Part shown: in pieces, positions 55,580-64,000 of the stretch
How positions within the stretch are numbered: position 1 is the stretch's first letter
Layout of the letters: every line of letters starts with the position of its first letter
Position numbers and translations under genes: made by a program
The notes under the pieces: model-generated
Databases searched by the model: none
What the model was told of the DNA's origin: nothing
Seen by the model: the letters and a program-made list of their open reading frames with translations, nothing else
Origin: a bacterium
Lineage (GTDB): Bacteria; Electryoneota; Electryoneia; Electryoneales; Electryoneaceae
Length of the DNA: 64,000 nucleotides
Reading direction: 5' to 3'
Assembly: GCA_963675295.2 (NCBI GenBank)
Contig: CAXXKJ010000002.1
Span: 2,560,001-2,624,000 of the forward strand

Positions 55580-56779
55580 ATGAGTACCTCGTTCCGGGCA
55601 CGTGAGATCGCGGACAATGTCTACTGGGTCGGCGCGATTGACTGGGAACTGGAAGAGTTCCACGGCTACGCCACCCCGCGTGGCACAACGTACAACGCCT
55701 ACCTCATCCTCGCGGACAAGATCACGCTGATCGACACGGTCAAGGCGAAGTACACGGACGAACTGCTGGCGCGGATCTCGTCCGTGGTGCACCCGTCACG
55801 GATCGACTACATCGTCTCAAACCACGCCGAGATGGACCACACCGGCGCGTTGCCGAAGCTGCTGGATATCGTGCAGCCGGAAGCGGTGTACGCGTCCCCG
55901 AAAGGTGTGCAGGCGCTGGAGTTGCATTACGGCGGCGAGATGAACCTCGTTGGCGTCAAAGACGGCGACACGTTGTCCCTCGGCAACATGCAGCTGCAGT
56001 TCATGCTCACCAGCATGGTCCATTGGCCGGACAGCATGTTCAGCTTCCTCGATCACGGCAAGCTGCTGTTCTCGAACGATGCGTTCGGGATGCACGTGGC
56101 GTCCTCGGCGTTGTGGACGGACGAGCTCGAACCTGGCCTGATCCACGAAGAGACGAAGAACTATTACGCGAACATTCTCTGGCCGACCTCCAAGGCGGTG
56201 CAAAAGACGTTGAAGGGGCTGGACAAAGCAGGGATCGCGCCGGGCATCATCCTCCCCGACCACGGTCCCGGCTGGCGCAAGGATCTGGACGTGGTGCTGA
56301 AGTGGTATGCCGATTGGTCTGAAGGTGTGAAAGATCCGAAGCGGGCGGTGATCCTGTTCGACACGATGTGGGGCTCGACGGCGTCTATGGCACGCGCCAT
56401 CGCGGACGGCCTGATCGAAGGCGGGATGAATGTCACCATGCTGCCGATGGCAAAAACCGAACGCGCGCAGGTGGCGATGGAATGCCTCGACGCGTCGTTG
56501 CTGCTGGTTGGTTCACCGACGTTGAACGGCGGGATGTTCCCGTCCATCGCGGACGCGCTGACCTATCTCTCCGGCCTCAACCCGGGCAAACCACGGATCA
56601 AGGGCGGAGTGTTTGGCTCGTACGGCTGGAGCGGTGGCCTGTACAAGAAACTCGCGGCGCAACTGGACGACATGGGCGTCGACATCCCGCAGGACCCGCA
56701 GTCGGTGCAGTATGTGCCGAAGGCCGATGATCTTGCTGCATGCCGGGAGTATGGGTTGGCGTTGGCTAGCGAAGAATAA
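55580..56779 (+). CDS. fprA: flavodiiron protein (FprA/type A flavoprotein)
   Basis: GTTYNAYL, NHAEMDH, HWPD, SND, PDHG diiron ligands; flavodoxin TMWGST, FGSYGWSG. Confidence 0.93.
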   Translation: MSTSFRAREIADNVYWVGAIDWELEEFHGYATPRGTTYNAYLILADKITLIDTVKAKYTDELLARISSVVHPSRIDYIVSNHAEMDHTGALPKLLDIVQPEAVYASPKGVQALELHYGGEMNLVGVKDGDTLSLGNMQLQFMLTSMVHWPDSMFSFLDHGKLLFSNDAFGMHVASSALWTDELEPGLIHEETKNYYANILWPTSKAVQKTLKGLDKAGIAPGIILPDHGPGWRKDLDVVLKWYADWSEGVKDPKRAVILFDTMWGSTASMARAIADGLIEGGMNVTMLPMAKTERAQVAMECLDASLLLVGSPTLNGGMFPSIADALTYLSGLNPGKPRIKGGVFGSYGWSGGLYKKLAAQLDDMGVDIPQDPQSVQYVPKADDLAACREYGLALASEE

Positions 56780-56864
56780 GTCCATGTTCAGAGCAGGCTT
56801 GTAGAAAGTGGCTGTATTTGCTCGCAAACGAGAAACCGATAAAGCCTGGATATACGATTAAGAG

Positions 56865-56906
56865 AAACGGGGACCGCCGATGTGTTCGGCAGTCCCCTTT
56901 GTTTTT
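56865..56906. terminator. bidirectional terminator between fprA and dnaK
   Basis: ggggaccgccga..tcggcagtcccc hairpin with flanking A and T runs. Confidence 0.65.
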
Positions 56907-56941
56907 CTCAAACTCAAGTCTCAGGACTCAGGTCTATCGTA

Positions 56942-59005
<2,064 letters not shown>

Positions 59006-59240
59006 AACCGGACGATCGTCTCGCAAAATCCGCCAATTCATCCTGTGGATAAGAAGCAGATAAACGAAAACAGCTATCCACACTTCTTACCCACCGCTGG
59101 AAGGCGCATCAAGACTGGAAATGCGGGGACTTGGTGAGATGTTGTCTTCTCCCAACACCGCTCAAAGACGGATTTGGGGAGGTTTCTGAGGAGAACTCAA
59201 GTTACGGAAAATGATCAACCTGCGATCTGCCGAAAAAGAA

Positions 59241-59265
59241 AAACCCTGCCGATCTGGCAGGGTTT
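59241..59265 (-). terminator. intrinsic terminator
   Basis: aaaccctgcc-gatct-ggcagggttt with U-tail on - strand. Confidence 0.8.
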
Positions 59266-59292
59266 GGCAGGTATTGTCTGACGATGCAGCGG

Positions 59293-60150
59293 CTACCACA
59301 GCAGCATCGCGATCACCAGTGACGGCTGAGTCGAACTGTAGTTTTTGATCTCCACCTGAAATTTATCGCCGCCTTCGTTTTCGTGTACCAGCACGGGCAC
59401 CTTGTCCGACTGTGTATCCGCCTGCAACTGGTTGTCGTCGCGGTCGTAGAGGATCAGGTCGGCGTCGCTGCAATTCTCGTCCGCCGCGCCGAGCAGGATG
59501 TTCAACCCGTCCACGAGGTGCACGTTGGTCACGGTCACGCTCTCCCCCGATCCAAGCGGTGCGCCGTACAACGCCCACTGATTCGGCGTGTCTATGAACG
59601 CGAGGTCGTCGGCGAATGAACTCTGGGCTGCCGTTTCCAGACCGGTGTCAACGCATGTCGTGAGTTGGTCGAGGTCGAGATTAACGCCATTTTCCTGCAT
59701 CAGCACCAGGCTGCAGAAGCTGGAGGCGGTCGCGTCGTAGAGTTTCACCGTGATTCGATAATAGGCGGTTTTGGTCGGCGTGAACTCGAGCAACGGGTTG
59801 GCGTCGGTTTGCGTGTCTTCCTGGATCGTGTTGCCCTTGCTGTCGGAGATGGTCAGGTCGACATCAGTCGCATCGTCATCCCCGGCCGCCATAATAAGAT
59901 AACTGGTCCCGGCCTGGAATTCGGCGGACCAGCTGATTTCTTCGCCAACATCAAACAGCGATCCCATGATGCTGATACCGGGCATGTAGCCCACATTTTC
60001 GACGACCAGGCCGACGAGACCGGAATTAAGTACGATTCGGTCCATCGCCTGCTTCATGTACTTACCCGGCGTCCAGCTGTTGATGTCGGCCATCACAGGC
60101 AACGCCAGCAGAAAAACACAGACAAGTGCAATGAAGATGCCCTTCATCAC
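59293..60150 (-). CDS. secreted protein with two PPC-like beta-sandwich repeats
   Basis: Signal peptide; duplicated DxDLxxxDxxGN....DTQxDxxP motif; GGAGG RBS. Confidence 0.75.
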   Translation of the reverse strand: MMKGIFIALVCVFLLALPVMADINSWTPGKYMKQAMDRIVLNSGLVGLVVENVGYMPGISIMGSLFDVGEEISWSAEFQAGTSYLIMAAGDDDATDVDLTISDSKGNTIQEDTQTDANPLLEFTPTKTAYYRITVKLYDATASSFCSLVLMQENGVNLDLDQLTTCVDTGLETAAQSSFADDLAFIDTPNQWALYGAPLGSGESVTVTNVHLVDGLNILLGAADENCSDADLILYDRDDNQLQADTQSDKVPVLVHENEGGDKFQVEIKNYSSTQPSLVIAMLLW

Positions 60151-60368
60151 CGTCCCCTCCCTTGTGCGTACAACTCAATCAAGATGTCCAACTCGTCCCG
60201 AGTTAGGCGTTTAGCTACATGACGAATATATTCGATCGGAACCTCGAGCGCAAGACATTATTATAAGATATAACACTAAAGTAAGTATATCGTGTTTCAG
60301 CTCGCAACTCGGTTTATAGTCTCACTATCGGCTCGACGGTGGAAGAGCTCCATTCAGTCGTAGAGAGC

Positions 60369-60395
60369 AAACCGGTCTCCGATGGAGGCCGGTTT
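60369..60395. terminator. hairpin terminator downstream of CMD gene
   Basis: aaaccggtctcc-gat-ggaggccggttt. Confidence 0.65.
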
Positions 60396-60434
60396 TCTAT
60401 CGTTGGTGCATGTGCGGAGATCGAACGGCGTAGA

Positions 60435-61091
60435 CTATTTCCAGTCCTGCTTGCTTTCGATGGTACGCAGCAGGAATGGCGCTTCGGAGATGCCGGAACG
60501 GTCGGGGAATTGTTTCGCAAGCGCTTCGAGCAGACGGTCGAGTTCATCAATCGGGACTCCGACCCGAATCGCGCCTCGCAGATGGCTGTAGAGCTGGCGG
60601 GATCGGTTCTTCATCACCAACACGGACACCGTCCCGATTTCACGGGTTTGCATGTCCAGCCCACCACGGGCGAGAACCTTGCCGTAGCCTTCCGCGATCA
60701 TCCAGCTCGCCAGTTCAGGCGAATTGCCGCCAATGTACTCCCGCACCCTGTCGGACATGACGCCGTAGACCAGTTGAAACGTGTCCTGGCCACGATCCAG
60801 CCAGTCATCCCAACCGGCGGATTCATAGAGCTGTTTGTCCTCTTCCCCGCCTGGCCAGATTTTTTCCAGCGTCGCGGTAGCTTCCAGAGCGGTGGCGTAT
60901 CCGTCGTGGAGGTACGTCTGCAGCAGTACCTCGTAAATCGCCCGACGGGTGACACCAGCGTCTTTGAGCTCGCGGATCAGCTTTGTGGTCAACGGTGTCA
61001 TCTGGGCGACGGTGGACGCGGCGAGCACACCGAGGGTGATCGCGTGTTCGCGTGCGGCGGGATCGGGCAGGGTATCGGGATTGTGGGTCAT
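60435..61091 (-). CDS. carboxymuconolactone decarboxylase (CMD/AhpD-like) family protein
   Basis: EVLLQTYLHDGY, YGKVLARGGLD..TRE, QLYSHLRGAIRVG; two CMD repeats. Confidence 0.85.
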   Translation of the reverse strand: MTHNPDTLPDPAAREHAITLGVLAASTVAQMTPLTTKLIRELKDAGVTRRAIYEVLLQTYLHDGYATALEATATLEKIWPGGEEDKQLYESAGWDDWLDRGQDTFQLVYGVMSDRVREYIGGNSPELASWMIAEGYGKVLARGGLDMQTREIGTVSVLVMKNRSRQLYSHLRGAIRVGVPIDELDRLLEALAKQFPDRSGISEAPFLLRTIESKQDWK

Positions 61092-61179
61092 GTCTGTCTG
61101 CTTGGACGTTGTGTTATTGAGAAACGCCCCGATGGGAAAAGTGCACCGGGGCGTGGAATCATCGTGATCGGGTCAACGG

Positions 61180-62190
61180 TTAGAACTTGCCGTTGAGGAT
61201 GTCGATCTGGTATTGCGCCGGCTGCCGGTAGTTGCGGTCGTTCATCGCCTTTTCATAGGCGGTGATGGCGGCGTCCTTCTGCTCCAGATGCTGGCGTGCC
61301 CACCCGAGTTCGAACCACGCGGCGGCGTAGTTGCCGTTGATGCCGGTCGCCTGTTCGGCAGAAGCCGCGGCTTCGTTGTACGATCCGAGCTTATTCAGCT
61401 TTTCAGCCAGCGCGGTGAGGTACTTGTAGTTGCGGCCATCGAGGGCAACGGCGGACTTGATTGCGTCTGCGGCTTCACGCATCTGGCCGTTTTCACTGTA
61501 CGCCTTGCCCATGTTGTAGAACGCGTCGTCGTTAGTCGCATCAAGCTGCGTCGCCTGCTGGAATGCGCTGATGGACTTGCTGTAGTCTTTCTGGTAGTAA
61601 TACGCCAGCCCGAGACCGGTAAACGCTTTCGATTTGTCAGCCGGATCACCGTCTTGCACCTGCACCGCCCGCTGGAACACTGCGACCGCATCACCGAACT
61701 GACGCTTCCGGTTCAGGATCATGCCCTTGGCGTAGTAGGCTTTGACGTAGCTGGAATTCAGCTGCGTCGCCTTGTTGAATGCCTGTTCTGCCTGGTCGAG
61801 CTGGTTGTTGAACTGGTAAGCGAGACCGAGGCTGTAGAAGGTCTTCGCTTCCAGCGGGTTCAGCTCCGCAGACTGGTTGAACGAGCTGATCGCTGCGGAA
61901 TAATTCCGCTGCCGCAGGTACTGATTGCCTTCGTTGTACAGCGAGATCGCACGCGATTTGGACTCGGCGTCCGCCTGCATCGCGTCAATCAACGACTTGA
62001 TCTCAGCGCCGAGAGCCTCATACTGCGCCTTCAGGGTTTCGTACTCTTCCGGCGAAGCGTTCGCCATCTGTTCCTTCAGGGCCTCCATCTGGGCCATCTT
62101 GTCGTCAATTTCCGGCGTCTGCGCGTTAACGAGATTCGCACCCAGAGTCAGCAGCAGAATCGTAAGCAGCAGTAGCGTTAGCCGTTTCAT
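61180..62190 (-). CDS. secreted TPR protein
   Basis: Signal peptide VNA-Q; about 7 clear TPRs; GGAG RBS before ATG 62190. Confidence 0.9.
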   Translation of the reverse strand: MKRLTLLLLTILLLTLGANLVNAQTPEIDDKMAQMEALKEQMANASPEEYETLKAQYEALGAEIKSLIDAMQADAESKSRAISLYNEGNQYLRQRNYSAAISSFNQSAELNPLEAKTFYSLGLAYQFNNQLDQAEQAFNKATQLNSSYVKAYYAKGMILNRKRQFGDAVAVFQRAVQVQDGDPADKSKAFTGLGLAYYYQKDYSKSISAFQQATQLDATNDDAFYNMGKAYSENGQMREAADAIKSAVALDGRNYKYLTALAEKLNKLGSYNEAAASAEQATGINGNYAAAWFELGWARQHLEQKDAAITAYEKAMNDRNYRQPAQYQIDILNGKF

Positions 62191-62312
62191 GTTCTCACCT
62201 GGTTGTAACAAACAGTTTCGTTGCTTCATCGCGGCAAATATAGAACTCGTCTATAATACCCGCAAGCTCAGCGGCGGGTTTCGCCCTGCCGCTCCTTTTG
62301 CTAAAGATTTGT

Positions 62313-64000
62313 TCACTTCGCACGTTTGAAGGAGCGCCCTCCGCTCCCGTACTGCAAGGCTTCGCGGGGTCCCTCGTGTTGCTGCGAAATGCCGAGCCGG
62401 GGTACCTCTCTCGCATGCCCGTTAAAGGACGATTCGGTCTCGATCAGCTGCACCCAGTCGGCTGTCATGCTGAACACGCCGTGATGTTCCTCGATCAGAC
62501 CATGGACCAGGTACGGCCCGTTGCCTCGCAGAATCGGTGCGTGACGCTCATAAACACGCGGGAAGACCGTCACCTCGAACCGTCCGGTGAGATCCTCCAT
62601 CGCGATAAACTCCATCTGCTGCTTGTTTTTGCGCGTGGTGATGCGTTTATGCGAGTACGCCCAGCCGATCATGGTCACCTGCTGTCCACAATAACTTCCC
62701 ATCTCCCGGGACGGAATGCAACCACGATCCGGCAAATCGAGCAACGCCAGCGGATGTGTGCCCGGCGAGAAACCGAGTACCTTGCGTTCCGCCATGTATT
62801 TCTGCTGTTCGCTCCAGTCGTCGGACGGAGGCAGGTGAGTGAACAGATCGTCCGCGTCAATGACGAGCGGTCCCGGCCCGTTGCGGTAGGCCTCGAAGCC
62901 TGCGCGCAGGTTGCGCAGCAGGGTCGGACGGTTGACACCGAGCCCGTCCAGCGCACCGCATGCGATCAACGCCTCGGCCTCGTCACGCGCGGGACGGATG
63001 CGCATGACAAAGTCGCCGAGATGCCGGAACGGACCCAGTTCACGGCGGTTCTGCAGCATCAGGTCGAGGGTTTCGTCCCGCAACGCCCCCACTCCCCGCA
63101 GTCCGAGCTGGATTGTCTGGTTCTTGCCGAAATGTTCGCGCTCGCTCTGATTGATGTGCGGCAGCAGGACCTGCAACCCGTGGCGTTTCGCATCAGTGAC
63201 ATACGCCGCCTGGCTGTAGTAGCCGCCGCCGTTGGCGAGTACCGCCGCGTAGAACTCCGCCGGGTGATAGGCTTTCAGGTAGGCGAGCTGCATCGACAGG
63301 ACGGCGAACGAGGCGCTGTGTGCCTTGCAGAACGAGTATCCGGCGAAGGACTCGATTTGCCGCCACAGTTCGTCCGCGATTTTCGACGTCACACCACGCT
63401 CATGGCAGCCGAGCCGGAACTCCTCGCGCAGCTTGCGCATCGCATCGTGGCTGCGTCCCTTGCCGCTCATCGCACGGCGCAGCAGGTCGGCGCGTCCCAA
63501 CGGCAGCCCGGCGATATGGTGCGCGACCTTGATCACGTCTTCCTGGTAGATCATCACGCCGTGGGTTTCGGCGAGCAGCGTCTTCATCTTCGGGTGCAGG
63601 TAGGTCGCTTTCGACGGGTCGTTGACGCGCTCGATGTACTGCTCCATCATCCCTGATTCGCTGACTCCGGGCCGGATGACGGAACTCGCCGCGACCAGCC
63701 CCTCGAAATTGTCGCAATCCAGCTTCTGCAGCAACGCGATCATCCCGGGCGACTCGACGTAAAAGACGCCCATCGTCTTGCCGGTGCGCAGCATGGTGCG
63801 AGTCGGGACGTCGTGGAAAACGTGTTCGGTGTCGTCTACGAGCGGATTCTGCCCGTCCCCGTTACGTCGCACCATGGCGCAGGTATCCTTGAGCACACCC
63901 AGCGAACGTTGGCTCAACAGGTCGATCTTGACCAGCCCGAGATCCTCGACGCTGTACATGTCATAGTGTGTGATGACAAAACCCTTGTTCGCGCGTTCGA
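62313..64000 (-). CDS. DNA polymerase III alpha, DnaE2/error-prone-like (5'-truncated by window edge)
   Basis: GLVKIDLL, GVFYVESPGM, GVMIYQE, FAGYSFCKAHSASF, YLKAYHP, OB-fold; short C-terminus and FCKAH are DnaE2-like. Confidence 0.85.
   Translation of the reverse strand, partial: ERANKGFVITHYDMYSVEDLGLVKIDLLSQRSLGVLKDTCAMVRRNGDGQNPLVDDTEHVFHDVPTRTMLRTGKTMGVFYVESPGMIALLQKLDCDNFEGLVAASSVIRPGVSESGMMEQYIERVNDPSKATYLHPKMKTLLAETHGVMIYQEDVIKVAHHIAGLPLGRADLLRRAMSGKGRSHDAMRKLREEFRLGCHERGVTSKIADELWRQIESFAGYSFCKAHSASFAVLSMQLAYLKAYHPAEFYAAVLANGGGYYSQAAYVTDAKRHGLQVLLPHINQSEREHFGKNQTIQLGLRGVGALRDETLDLMLQNRRELGPFRHLGDFVMRIRPARDEAEALIACGALDGLGVNRPTLLRNLRAGFEAYRNGPGPLVIDADDLFTHLPPSDDWSEQQKYMAERKVLGFSPGTHPLALLDLPDRGCIPSREMGSYCGQQVTMIGWAYSHKRITTRKNKQQMEFIAMEDLTGRFEVTVFPRVYERHAPILRGNGPYLVHGLIEEHHGVFSMTADWVQLIETESSFNGHAREVPRLGISQQHEGPREALQYGSGGRSFKRAK

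Noticed and set aside
59040-59100. oriC
   Set aside because: Only two good DnaA boxes, no clear AT-rich unwinding element, and no dnaA/dnaN nearby

Overview
GC-rich bacterial chromosome segment, most likely from an anaerobic FCB-superphylum lineage outside Bacteroidota. This is inferred from the T9SS-type C-terminal sorting domains, PorP/PorV-like barrels, flavodiiron protein and Hdr/Tmc-like Fe-S protein. Layout: (1) 1-8119 is the right end of a genomic island, with an intact tyrosine integrase, a 3' fragment of initiator tRNA-Met as att site, and cargo including a compositionally chimeric FG-GAP/T9SS-CTD gene. (2) 8232-16366 is a sigma54-driven redox/signalling operon: small Cys protein, degenerate macrodomain, cytochrome-b-like subunit, DsrK/TmcB-like Fe-S protein fused to a receiver domain, PAS kinase, receiver, Cys-rich MerR, plus an upstream enhancer-binding protein. 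(3) 17615-33072 is a long minus-strand run. Its 11-gene core couples a type-B T9SS cargo and a PorP/SprF-like barrel to an ExbB/ExbD/ExbD/TonB-like motor, TPR lipoproteins and two non-catalytic FGE-fold (GldK/GldJ-like) proteins, and is followed by anSME, glutaminyl cyclase and a SPASM radical SAM. This core is the best candidate for an undescribed system. (4) The rest holds tricorn, S8 and M14 proteases, an SOS-like dinB cassette, an HflKC/outer-membrane operon, Nramp, GT-C/TPR, FprA, an orphan dnaK and a partial dnaE2-like polymerase. Non-coding features include a perfect 18x heptamer array, REP-like palindromes and two candidate structured RNAs. All calls come from reading motifs by eye; no searches were run.
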